64,000 nucleotides of DNA from the NCBI GenBank assembly GCA_963755025.1, contig CAVWIH010000024.1, forward strand, positions 1-64,000. The letters are read 5' to 3'. Source of the DNA: an uncultured Actinomycetes bacterium (lineage in GTDB: Bacteria; Actinomycetota; Thermoleophilia; UBA2241). The notes beneath the pieces are model-generated. The model ran no database searches, was not told the DNA's origin, and was given only the letters and a program-made list of their open reading frames with translations. The translations under genes were made by a program, and so were the position numbers. Below are positions 49,784-58,668 of this stretch, piece by piece (the stretch's first letter is position 1; the number at the start of each line of letters is the position of its first letter).

Positions 49784-50029
49784 CTACCCCTCGTCTTCGG
49801 GAGGGTCGAACTCGAGGCCCACCGTGTCGGCCCGTGAGATCACGTCGTGGGCCAGCGGCAGGTCCTGCTCGCTCACGAGCACGTCGATCGCTCCGAGTCC
49901 CGATGTCCCCGGATAGACGTCGTGCAGGCCGCCGCGCAGGGTGGCGGCGATGCCTGCTTCGCTCAGCACGTTCGAGATCGCGGTCGCCTGGCTGAGATCG
50001 TTCGCGGTCGTCGCTCGGTGAAGTTCCAT
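49784..50029 (-). CDS. DUF2007-like small protein
   Basis: A..I..VL.EAGI.A, DVLVSEQDL..A pattern. Confidence 0.65.
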   Translation of the reverse strand: MELHRATTANDLSQATAISNVLSEAGIAATLRGGLHDVYPGTSGLGAIDVLVSEQDLPLAHDVISRADTVGLEFDPPEDEG

Positions 50030-50239
50030 CGTGACACCTCGCTTTCGTGCTCACTGGGGTTGTCTCGCACTGGCCACGGCACCCCCGAGCTGTATACCCA
50101 TTCGGCGACGGCGGTCACCAGCGAGCGTGGGGCTGCGTCGCGAGCCGCCGTCGCGCGAGTCGGGCAATCGCGGGCGCGCCCGGTCGGCGAAAGCGTGGGC
50201 GCGCCCCGAGGAGCGGCGCCGCGCCGCGCGACCGTGCGC

Positions 50240-50491
50240 TCAGGAACCGGGCAGCGGCGAGTCGGGGTCGTCGACGACGGCGTCGGCCTGCAGGTCGGCG
50301 AGCAGGCGGCGCGCCTCGTCGTAGTCTTCGTCGCGCACGATGATCGTGATCGCGCCCATCGAAGGGATGTACGCATAGACGCGGTTCATGGCGCCCCCGA
50401 GGAGCTCGGCGGGAATGCCGGCCGACACGAGCAGGTCGCGCCAGATCGTGGCGAGGACGGGATCGGCGAGACTGGCGACGACCTTGCTCAC
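50240..50491 (-). CDS. DUF2007-like small protein
   Basis: LLVSAGIPA, IIVRDEDYDEARRLL pattern. Confidence 0.65.
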   Translation of the reverse strand: MSKVVASLADPVLATIWRDLLVSAGIPAELLGGAMNRVYAYIPSMGAITIIVRDEDYDEARRLLADLQADAVVDDPDSPLPGS

Positions 50492-50745
50492 CGGTCGTGC
50501 GGCGGTCCCTGCCCCGTGGGCGGTTCCTGCCCCGCGCCGCTTTGCAGCTCGTCGACCAGCCGGCTCGCTTCGTCGTAGCGGGCCGCCGGCACCACGATGC
50601 CGTAGCCGCCCATCTGGGGCATGCCGGGGAACGCGCTCGAGCGTCCGCCCACGAGCTCGACCTCTATGCCGCCCGACTCGAGCAGCTCCTTGAGGCTGGT
50701 CGCGGTCAGCAGGTCGAGTCCCTCGGCCACCATCCTGGTCTCCAC
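50488..50745 (-). CDS. DUF2007-like small protein
   Basis: LLESGGIEV, IVVPAARYDEASRLV pattern; immediately downstream of nfo. Confidence 0.65.
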   Translation of the reverse strand: METRMVAEGLDLLTATSLKELLESGGIEVELVGGRSSAFPGMPQMGGYGIVVPAARYDEASRLVDELQSGAGQEPPTGQGPPHDR

Positions 50746-50747
50746 GG

Positions 50748-51602
50748 TCAGGCCTCCTGTGCACGCAGTGCGTGCAGGGTGTCGAGGTTGGCGCGGTCGG
50801 GGCCTAGTCCGTCGTAGCCGGGAACCTCGAGTATGCCGGGAATGTCGTCGAAAGCGGGGTGATTGACGAGCAGCCGCATGGCCTCGCGCCCGATCTCGCC
50901 CTCGCCGATGTTCTCGTGGCGGTCGCGGTTCGAGCCCAGGGCCGACTTCGAGTCGTTCAGGTGCACCATCACGAGGCGCTCCAGGCCGACGCTCTGGGCG
51001 AACGAGGCGAGCATGGCTTCGAGGCCCTCGGCGGTGCGCAGCTCGTGGCCCGAGGCCAGCAGGTGAGCGGTGTCGAGGCAAACGCCCAGGCGCTCGTCGC
51101 CGCCGGTCGCTTCGATCATGGCGGCCAGCTCGGCGAAGTTCACGCCCATAGTGCCGCCCGCGCCGGCGGTGTTCTCGAGCAGCAGTCGGACCCTGGAGTC
51201 GCCGACCTGTTCGAGGGCGCGCCGCAGGGCCTCGCGCACGCGCTCGAGGCCGGCGGCGAAGCCCGCTCCCTGGTGCGAGCCCACGTGCGTGACGATCGCC
51301 TCGACGCCGAGCTGCTCGGCGGCCGCGACCGCCCCGACCAGGGCGATGACCGACTTCTCGTAGAACTCCTCGTTCATGGTGGCGAGGTTGATCAGGTAGA
51401 TGGTGTGGATGACCGTGAAGCGGATCGACGAGCCGGCCCGCGCGTCGCGAAAGCGCGCCGCGTCGTCGGCCCTGTACGTCTGCGGCTTCCAGGTGCGCGG
51501 GCTGCCCGCGAAGAACTGAATCGCCTGCACGTCGAGCGCCTCGCCGCGTTCGATCGCCGTCCAGACCCCGCCGCTCGCCTTTACGTGCGCTCCGAAGTAC
51601 AT
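50748..51602 (-). CDS. nfo: Endonuclease IV
   Basis: FGAHV, YLINL, LLENTAG, CLDTAHL, HLNDSK..GS.RDRH. Confidence 0.95.
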   Translation of the reverse strand: MYFGAHVKASGGVWTAIERGEALDVQAIQFFAGSPRTWKPQTYRADDAARFRDARAGSSIRFTVIHTIYLINLATMNEEFYEKSVIALVGAVAAAEQLGVEAIVTHVGSHQGAGFAAGLERVREALRRALEQVGDSRVRLLLENTAGAGGTMGVNFAELAAMIEATGGDERLGVCLDTAHLLASGHELRTAEGLEAMLASFAQSVGLERLVMVHLNDSKSALGSNRDRHENIGEGEIGREAMRLLVNHPAFDDIPGILEVPGYDGLGPDRANLDTLHALRAQEA

Positions 51603-51721
51603 GCGCGCCTCCGGCCTTCTCGTCTCGCTTGTTCAGTCGCCGGCGCTGGCGCCGGCCGGGCAACGTTTCGCCGACTCTACTGGCCGTCTCGGGCGCGAGA
51701 CAAGCGGCAAGCGGTCGCCGG

Positions 51722-51790
51722 CTACCCGCGCACCAGCACGAGCAGCACGGCGACGAGGATGATCACGATGGCGATAGCCAGACCGTACAC
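51722..51790 (-). CDS. Putative 22-aa single-TM small protein
   Basis: AGAGGAG RBS, GTG start, MYGLAIAIVIILVAVLLVLVRG with GC3-biased codons. Confidence 0.55.
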   Translation of the reverse strand: MYGLAIAIVIILVAVLLVLVRG

Positions 51791-51855
51791 GTGGCGCACT
51801 CCTCTCGTTCACGCCACGTTCCCCGAGCGGGCGCGCGGTAAGCCGTGGACGCCGC

Positions 51856-52671
51856 TCAGCCGGCGGCCGGCGGCGCGCCCGGGAGGTGCGCGTCGAACCA
51901 GTCGACCAGCAGCGCGATGGCCTCGTCGAGGTGGCCCTCGAGGCTGTGCGGCGAGCCGGCCAGCAGCTCGACCCGCGAGCCGGGCGGCAGCAGCGGCAGC
52001 CCGCGGCGCGCGTTGGCCAGGGACTGGCGCTCTTCGTCGTCGCCGTCGCCGTCGATCAGCAGCACGGGACAGCGCAGGCGGCCGAACAGCGCCGCCTGGT
52101 CGCAGTCGGCCAGCGCTTCGAGCAGCTCGGCCGAGGTCACGACCGCGGCGCGGGCGCGGCCCTCGCCCTGCGGCATGACGACCCGCCCGGTGCGCTCGAG
52201 CTCGGCCATCTGGGCGGCCGTGAAGTAATCGCGCCAGTCGTAGCGCATGGCGGCGGTGGGGGCGCCGGTCGTGGCGATGGCGACGACCTGCCGCGGGGCG
52301 GCCGCCAGGCAGACGCGCCCGCCCAGGCTGTGGCCGTGGAGCGCGAGCCGGCGGTAGCCGAGCGAGCGCGCGTGGGCGAGCGCGGCGTGCAGGTCGTCGA
52401 TTTGATGGTCAAGGGTGAGCACGTCGTCGTCGCTCTCGCCGCAGCCGGCGAAGTCGAAGGCAAGCGAGGCGATGCCGGCGGCGGCAAGCGCCGCGGCTAT
52501 GGCCGGGAACCGGCCGCGCGCGCGGCGGTCGCTGGCAAAGCCATGGGCCATGACGACCAGCGCGTCGCCGGCGGCCGGCGTGAGGTCGCCGCCCAGCGCG
52601 TCGCCGCCGGCCGGCGTGAGGTCGCCGACCAGCCGCAGGTCGCGAGCGTTCCGAAAGGTCACGCGTGACAT
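51856..52671 (-). CDS. Alpha/beta hydrolase
   Basis: HGF, FDFAGCGES, GHSLG nucleophile elbow; internal 36-bp duplication (GDLTPAxGDAL). Confidence 0.88.
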   Translation of the reverse strand: MSRVTFRNARDLRLVGDLTPAGGDALGGDLTPAAGDALVVMAHGFASDRRARGRFPAIAAALAAAGIASLAFDFAGCGESDDDVLTLDHQIDDLHAALAHARSLGYRRLALHGHSLGGRVCLAAAPRQVVAIATTGAPTAAMRYDWRDYFTAAQMAELERTGRVVMPQGEGRARAAVVTSAELLEALADCDQAALFGRLRCPVLLIDGDGDDEERQSLANARRGLPLLPPGSRVELLAGSPHSLEGHLDEAIALLVDWFDAHLPGAPPAAG

Positions 52672-52785
52672 GCGCCAAGGATACTTGGTTCGACATTCTG
52701 TCGAACAGGGGCTTTGTGGGCTCCGCAGCGCTCGCACGGACGGCCAGAGGCGCGGGCGACAGCCCGCGCCTCGCGCCCCGGCTCG

Positions 52786-53448
52786 TTACGCGCTCGGGAC
52801 CAGCGCTTCGAACCGCGGATCGTTGCGGATGGGCGCGAGGTCGGAGTCGAGATGCGCGTCGGTGGCCAGCGAGGGCCGCTCGTTGACGGCCGCGCTCAAG
52901 TGCTGGAGCGCCGCGTCGGTCTCGCCGAGCTGGGCTTCGGCGCAGGCCAGGTTGTAGAAGATGGTGCTGCGGTCGTCGTAGCGTTCGAGGGCGTCGTTCA
53001 GCAGCTCCTTGGCCTGCCGGTAGCGGCCGTCGTCGAAGAGCTGGAGCACGTCCAGGTTGGTCTCCCAGGCGCGCGGCCGGAAGGCCTCACCGGGCTTGCC
53101 GCCCACCGCCAGGATGGTGGTGTCGGGCTCGCGGGCTTCGGCGCCGCGGGTGGCCTTGGGATCGCGCACGAAGACGATGGTGCCGGCGGGGGCGTCGATG
53201 CGCTCGTTGCCCACGGTGAAGGTGGCGCGCCCGGCGATGACCAGGTAGAGCTCCTCGTGGCGCGATGAGCGCTCGTCGTGCTCGAGGATGATCGATTCGC
53301 GGGCCTCATGCGCGGTCCAGGCGTTGATGCCGAACGCCTGTACCCCGAGGCTGCGACGAATGGGAGACCAGCCGCTGGGCCCCTCGAGATCGGCGAGCTG
53401 CGCCGTCTCATATGGCTTCTCGGTCACGGCTGCCTCCCCGCTCGTCAT
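52786..53448 (-). CDS. Cupin + TPR protein
   Basis: EHDE...HEELY.V..G cupin; YNLAC TPR with D.DL..IR.DPRF end. Confidence 0.8.
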   Translation of the reverse strand: MTSGEAAVTEKPYETAQLADLEGPSGWSPIRRSLGVQAFGINAWTAHEARESIILEHDERSSRHEELYLVIAGRATFTVGNERIDAPAGTIVFVRDPKATRGAEAREPDTTILAVGGKPGEAFRPRAWETNLDVLQLFDDGRYRQAKELLNDALERYDDRSTIFYNLACAEAQLGETDAALQHLSAAVNERPSLATDAHLDSDLAPIRNDPRFEALVPSA

Positions 53449-53503
53449 GGGTCCGACCAGCCGATGCTACCAGTCCGTGTGACGCGTGAGCGCGTTTTGG
53501 CCC

Positions 53504-54136
53504 TCAGGGGGTGACGTCGGCCCAGCGCCACTCGTGGTCGACCACGCGGGCCTGCCCGCCGGTGAGCTGGGCGACGAGCTGGTCGAGCCCGGCGCGCTGG
53601 CTCGTGGTGACGTCGAGCACGAGCGTGGCGCGCGCCTCGTAGACGACGTCGGTGACGAGCACGCCGCGGGCGCGCAGCTCGTTCTCGAGGCGGCCGGCGT
53701 CGGCGTGTGCCATGGCTACGCTCACGCGCTGCACGTGGCGGCGCTCGCTCACCCCGGCCGCCTCGGCCGCCGCGCGCAGCGCCTCGCTATAGGCGCGGAT
53801 GAGGCCGCCTGTGCCCAGCAGGGTGCCGCCGAACCAGCGCGTGACCACGGCGACGACGTCGGAGAGGCCGCGGCCGCGCAGCACCTCGAGCATGGGTGCG
53901 CCGGCCGTGCCCGAGGGCTCGCCGTCGTCGCTGGCGCGTGCGACCTCGCCCAGCGGCCCCAGGATGTAGGCCGAACAGTGGTGGCGCGCCTCCCAGTGGC
54001 GCTTGCGGGCGGCCTCGACTGCGGCGAGGGCGGCCGCCTCGTCGCCGGCGCGCTCGAGGCGCGCCAGAAAGCGGGAGCGCTTGACCTCGATCTCGGCTTC
54101 GGCCGTGGTGGCGATGGTCAGGTAGGAGTCGCTCAT
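53504..54136 (-). CDS. yigZ: IMPACT/YigZ family protein
   Basis: KRSRF, ARHHCSAY, SDDGEPSGTAG, VTRWFGG.LLG.GGL.RAY. Confidence 0.92.
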   Translation of the reverse strand: MSDSYLTIATTAEAEIEVKRSRFLARLERAGDEAAALAAVEAARKRHWEARHHCSAYILGPLGEVARASDDGEPSGTAGAPMLEVLRGRGLSDVVAVVTRWFGGTLLGTGGLIRAYSEALRAAAEAAGVSERRHVQRVSVAMAHADAGRLENELRARGVLVTDVVYEARATLVLDVTTSQRAGLDQLVAQLTGGQARVVDHEWRWADVTP

Positions 54137-54264
54137 GCGGGGTCTCATGCTACCACCGGCCCGTGAGTGGAGAAGGCGGCCCGTGGGCATGCACGGGTTG
54201 AACGAGCGGGCGGTCGCGGGCCGGCGCTCTCACAGCGACAGGACAGAAAAGGACGGCAGGTCAC

Positions 54265-54630
54265 ATGACGGAACAACTGGTCGACGTCAACGGCTATCGC
54301 GAACAGCTCGTGCAGAGGTGCGAGTCGCTCTCGGCGTGGCGCGCCCGCGAGGCCGCGGCCCACCCCGACGACGAGCGCGACGCGCAGTCGTCGAAGGCGC
54401 TGCGCGCGACGGCCGCCGAGCTGCTCGCCATGGCCGACGACGACCCCACGCTGCACGGCCTCGCGAGCGTCTGCCAGGTGCACAACGACGCCGAGCGCTC
54501 CTTCTACGTCGACGAAGAGGACCGCATCGTCGGTCACCACGGATTCGGTCCCGAGGCCACGCAGAGCACCGCCGACCTGCTGGCGGCCCTGACCGCTGCG
54601 GCCCACGAGGCCGCGCGCCGGTCGGAGTAG
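54265..54630 (+). CDS. Hypothetical protein
   Basis: Compact ORF with GC3-biased codons filling the gap between genes. Confidence 0.6.
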   Translation: MTEQLVDVNGYREQLVQRCESLSAWRAREAAAHPDDERDAQSSKALRATAAELLAMADDDPTLHGLASVCQVHNDAERSFYVDEEDRIVGHHGFGPEATQSTADLLAALTAAAHEAARRSE

Positions 54631-54739
54631 GCGCCAAGGTCGCGCCGCACGCGCGCAGGGCCGGCAGCGAGCTTCGCTGCCGGCCCTGCGGATGCGCCGT
54701 TTTTCAGTCGATCGGCCGGCGAGACGCCGGCCGCGACCG

Positions 54740-55687
54740 CTACTTGCCCTGGTTGACCAGCGCCGAGGTCACCGCCAGCGAAGCCTCGTTGTACTTGTTG
54801 AGGATCTGCCCGTAGGTGCCGTCGGTGATGAGCGCCTGCAGCGCCTTCTGCACGGCGTCGCGGAGCTGGGTGTCGGTCTTGGGGACACCGATGCCGATGA
54901 TGCCGTTCGAGAAGGTGGTGGCGATCGTCGGGTCCTGCAGCAGCACGAACGTGTTGCCGTTGTTGAAGGTCTTCACCGTGTAGGCGGCGACCGACTGGTC
55001 GTCCATCTGGGCCTGCGCCTTGCCCGAGGTCACGGCCAGCAGTGCGTCGCTGTCTTGCGGGAACTGCAGGATGGTGAGCTTGGGCTTGCCGGCAGTGGCG
55101 AAGGTCTTCGCGAGCTTCTGCAACTCGCCGACCTGCGCGGTGCCGCTCTGCACGGCGACGGTCTTGCCGGCCAGGTCCTGGATCGAGGTGATGTTGTCGG
55201 GGTTGCCCTTGGGCAGCAGGATGCCGTAGCTGTCGGTGGCGTAGTCGACGAAGTCGAGCTGCTTCTGGCGCGTGGCGTCGTCGAACATCGAGGCCATCAC
55301 CATGTCTTCTTTGCCGGCCAGCAGCGCCGGAATAATGCTGTCGAACACGGTCTGGTCGAAGCTCGCCTTGACGCCGAGCTTGGCGGCGATCGCCTGCGAG
55401 AGGTCGTAGTCGATGCCGGTGGCCTGCTTGCTGCCGACTGCGGTGTACATCTCCCACGGCGGGTAGGGGATGTTGGTGGCCACGCGGATGGTGCCGGCCG
55501 ACCTGATGGCCGCCGGCAGCATGGCGTTCAGCGTCGCGTCGGCGGTGACGCCGCCGCTGGTGGCGCTCGGGCTCGCGCTCGTGCTTGCGCTCGACGAGCT
55601 CGACGGTGAGCTCGACCCGCAGGCGGCCAGAACGGCTAGCACGACGAGCAGTACCGCCGCCAGAACCGCGGCTTTCGCAACCCTCAT
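54740..55687 (-). CDS. Amino-acid ABC solute-binding lipoprotein (family 3)
   Basis: LAAC lipobox, YPPWE, GIDYDL, FD.IIPAL, DL.GK.VAVQSGT, DGTY..I..KY. Confidence 0.92.
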   Translation of the reverse strand: MRVAKAAVLAAVLLVVLAVLAACGSSSPSSSSSASTSASPSATSGGVTADATLNAMLPAAIRSAGTIRVATNIPYPPWEMYTAVGSKQATGIDYDLSQAIAAKLGVKASFDQTVFDSIIPALLAGKEDMVMASMFDDATRQKQLDFVDYATDSYGILLPKGNPDNITSIQDLAGKTVAVQSGTAQVGELQKLAKTFATAGKPKLTILQFPQDSDALLAVTSGKAQAQMDDQSVAAYTVKTFNNGNTFVLLQDPTIATTFSNGIIGIGVPKTDTQLRDAVQKALQALITDGTYGQILNKYNEASLAVTSALVNQGK

Positions 55688-57090
55688 ACTTCCCCCTTGT
55701 GTAGTGGTGACGAGACGGGCGTCAGCGCCGTCGTGACTTGCGTCAGGAACTCGCAGACCCGTTCAGTATCCTCCATGCTCCAGATTCGAGCCAGAATATC
55801 GTGCGCCGCGGGGCCGGGGAGCTGGCCGGCGGTGAGCCAGGCGAACTTGGCGCTCATCTCGTCGGCGGTCCACGCCGGCTCCGGGTACAGCACGTTCTCG
55901 ACGACCCCGCTCGACACCGTGCGGCCGTCGCGCAGCCTGAGCGTGACCACGGCCGCGTCCTTGCCGCGCGGGTCGTTGGCTTCGGAGAGGTAGTAGAGGC
56001 GGGCGAGCTCGTCGGAGACGCGCACCTCGACGCGCTCGCACAGGGCGCGCACCTTGGCGCTCGCCAGGCGCGGCTCGAGGACCTGCCGGGGGCCGACCTC
56101 GCCGTCGACCAGAAAGACGGCGAGCGGCCAGGCCATGTTGAACTGCGCCTCTTCGGTGGTCGTGGGCAGGCGGGTGCCGAGGCGTACGGCGTCGGGGTAG
56201 GTCTCGACCAGGATGTGCTCGACCGACGCCGGGCCGATGCCCTCGCAGGCGATGAGCCCCTCGAGGGCCAGCAGGGCCGGGTGCGTCCAGGCGCACGAGC
56301 AGAAGCGCTTCCAGGTGATGCCGACCGGCAGCAGGTACGACTCTCCCAGGTCGGCGACGAAGTCGTGAAAGGCGTCGAGCTCGAGGCTCGAGGCGACGCC
56401 GGTAAAGCCGCGGGCCGCGAGGTCGGCGGCCATGAGCCCGGTGAGCGCGCCCACGCCGACGCCGTGCTTGACCATGGCCGGGCGGGCCACGTCGCGCATG
56501 ATGGGCAGGTCGGGGGAGTGGTACTCGGCGATGCCCAGGGCGTTGCTCGTCTGCGCGGCGGAGAGGCGCGCCACATTGGCCGCGATGGCAGCGCAGGCCG
56601 GCGCGCCCCACGCGCCGCAGCCGCGAAAGGCGCGCTCGGCCGAGGCCACGGCGGTGAGCTCGTAGTTGAGGCAGCGGCCGGCGCGAAAGGCAATCTCGTA
56701 GCCGACCACGATGGCGGTGAGCAGGTCTTTGCCGCTGTGGGCGCCGCGGTCGGTGAGGGCCAGCGCGGCCGGCACCACCTGGGCGCCGGGGTGGCCCCAG
56801 GTGTAGATGCCGCAGTCATCGACGTCGAGGGCGTTGGCGGCCACGGCGTTGGCAAAGGCCGCGCCCGGCGCCGACGCTCGCGCGCCGTCGTAGACAAGGC
56901 GCGCCTCGGGCGCCGGCCACCAGGCGCCGGCGAGCTCGGCGGCGATGCGTGTCGAGGCCGTCTGGCGGCCGGCGATCATGGCCGCCAGGGTGTCGGCCAG
57001 GCACATCTTGGCGCGCAGCACGACGTCGGCCGGCAGGTCGTCGAACGTGAGACGTGCGGCGAACTCGACGGCCCTCGTCACGGCCGTCAC
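55684..57090 (-). CDS. MmgE/PrpD family protein
   Basis: AAFANA...ALDVDD, HPG..V.PAALA, GYEI, A.RGF.G, K....C..TH, EAQF..P. Confidence 0.88.
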   Translation of the reverse strand: MTAVTRAVEFAARLTFDDLPADVVLRAKMCLADTLAAMIAGRQTASTRIAAELAGAWWPAPEARLVYDGARASAPGAAFANAVAANALDVDDCGIYTWGHPGAQVVPAALALTDRGAHSGKDLLTAIVVGYEIAFRAGRCLNYELTAVASAERAFRGCGAWGAPACAAIAANVARLSAAQTSNALGIAEYHSPDLPIMRDVARPAMVKHGVGVGALTGLMAADLAARGFTGVASSLELDAFHDFVADLGESYLLPVGITWKRFCSCAWTHPALLALEGLIACEGIGPASVEHILVETYPDAVRLGTRLPTTTEEAQFNMAWPLAVFLVDGEVGPRQVLEPRLASAKVRALCERVEVRVSDELARLYYLSEANDPRGKDAAVVTLRLRDGRTVSSGVVENVLYPEPAWTADEMSAKFAWLTAGQLPGPAAHDILARIWSMEDTERVCEFLTQVTTALTPVSSPLHKGEV

Positions 57091-58493
57091 CGTCCGCGTA
57101 GCCGGAGCCTGTCGGCGAGCAGGGCCGCGAGCCGCGCCGCGGCAGCTTCGTCGACCAGCACGGGGCGCGGCCGGGCGAGCAGCTCTTTGGCGGCGGCGCT
57201 GGTGCGCTCGCGCAGCGTCTGCGACCCCTCGGAGCGCCAGCGGTCGTGCATGGTGTGGCTGAAGAGGCTCGTCTCCCAGAAATCGCGGTAGTGGCTGCGC
57301 GTGTAGCGCGTCGCCAGGTGATTGCCGCCGGGACCGGCCGCCTTGATCTCGTCGAGGGCCAGCGCCTCGTCGTCGAACGAGGTCTCGCGCAGAAAGGCGC
57401 GGGCGTAGCCCACCAGCTCGTTGCCCAGCAGGATCGACTCGTACGAGCTCTGCAGGCCCGACTCGAGGTAGCCCACGTCGTGCAGCAGCGTGGCTTTGGA
57501 GAGCGCCCCCAGCAGCGCGGTGAGGGCGGCTTCGGCCGACCACTGTTCGTCGAGCGTCTTCGAGTCGGACACGGCGGCATACGAGAAACTGGGCAGGCCG
57601 TAGTGCCGGGCCATGTCGACGCCCGCCTGGTGGCCCAGGAAACTTTCGGGCACGACGTAGGGGTCGATGCCGGTGCGCATGTCCATGACGGCGACGCCGG
57701 CGCCGTAGACGAAGGGCGCGCCGGCCGCGGTGAGCTGGTGCAGCACGAGGCCGCTCAGCACCTCGGCGTTGCCGACCACGAGGCTGGCCGCTACCGAGCG
57801 CGGCGCGGTGGCGCCGGCGTTGGGCGCCGGCGCGTAGACCAGCGGCACGCCGAGCTCGGCGCAGGCGATCACCTTGGTGAGCGCGTCGCCGTCGTGCATG
57901 AGGGGCGGCGAGGGCATGGCGTAGATGATCACGCTGTCGGCGGCGCCACAGGCGGCGGCCATCGCCTTGATGTCGGCGATCACGTCGCCCTGGCGCGGCG
58001 CCACCACGAGGGGCTTGCCGGTGCCGCGCAGCATGGCGGCGACCTGGGCGAGGTCGTCGACGGCCTGGGGGACGTCGGCCGGCAATCCCATCGACATGAC
58101 GAAGTCGATATTGGCGAGGCGGTCGCAGAAGGCGGCCATGGTCTCGATGTCGGCGGTCGTCGCGCGGCGCCGCTCGGAGGTCTCGGGGTCGCGCACGTAG
58201 AGGCAGTCGGAGCCCGTGCCGAAGTACGACTCGGCCGCGCTCAGCCGCAGCGCGCGGCCGTCGTGGCGGGCGCGCACCGTGGCCGAGCGCGGCGCCGACT
58301 CGAGCGCGGCGCGCACCAGCTCGCGGCTCAGACGCACCCGGCGGCCGGCGACACTGGCGCCGGCCGCCGCCAGCGTCTCGAGGGCGGGCTCGTAGAACAC
58401 GTCGACGCCGACGGTCTCGAGCAGGTCGACGGTCGCGTCGTGGACCCGCCGGCAGTCGCCGTCGTCGAGCAGTGTGAGACTGGCGTGGGCCAT
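57087..58493 (-). CDS. MttB-superfamily methyltransferase (non-pyrrolysine), copy 6
   Basis: YFGTGSDC, IDFVMSMG, GATAP, GAPFVYG, SDSK, HDVGYLESG, GPGGNHL. Confidence 0.92.
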   Translation of the reverse strand: MAHASLTLLDDGDCRRVHDATVDLLETVGVDVFYEPALETLAAAGASVAGRRVRLSRELVRAALESAPRSATVRARHDGRALRLSAAESYFGTGSDCLYVRDPETSERRRATTADIETMAAFCDRLANIDFVMSMGLPADVPQAVDDLAQVAAMLRGTGKPLVVAPRQGDVIADIKAMAAACGAADSVIIYAMPSPPLMHDGDALTKVIACAELGVPLVYAPAPNAGATAPRSVAASLVVGNAEVLSGLVLHQLTAAGAPFVYGAGVAVMDMRTGIDPYVVPESFLGHQAGVDMARHYGLPSFSYAAVSDSKTLDEQWSAEAALTALLGALSKATLLHDVGYLESGLQSSYESILLGNELVGYARAFLRETSFDDEALALDEIKAAGPGGNHLATRYTRSHYRDFWETSLFSHTMHDRWRSEGSQTLRERTSAAAKELLARPRPVLVDEAAAARLAALLADRLRLRGR

Positions 58494-58544
58494 GCGGGGT
58501 TCCCCGATCGTCTGCGCGGCGGGCGTTCAACCGCGGCGCCGTGG

Positions 58545-58641
58545 GTCACTTGCTTTGTGCTACCGTAAACTGGTCGGCCAGACAACAGGCATTGGCTTAA
58601 GCGGAACGAGGCGGCGGACCCTGCGCGTACAAGCAAGTGAC
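58545..58641. promoter_or_regulatory. Pair of inverted 11-bp boxes in divergent promoter region (candidate operators)
   Basis: GTCACTTGCTT (58545-58555) and its exact reverse complement AAGCAAGTGAC (58631-58641). Confidence 0.5.
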
Positions 58642-58668
58642 TCGGGGCGCTCGCGCGAGGAGGCGCGG

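Noticed and set aside
14960-58493. Pyrrolysine (UAG) recoding in mttB genes
   Set aside because: All full copies are open through the Pyl-equivalent region, and no pyl genes are seen
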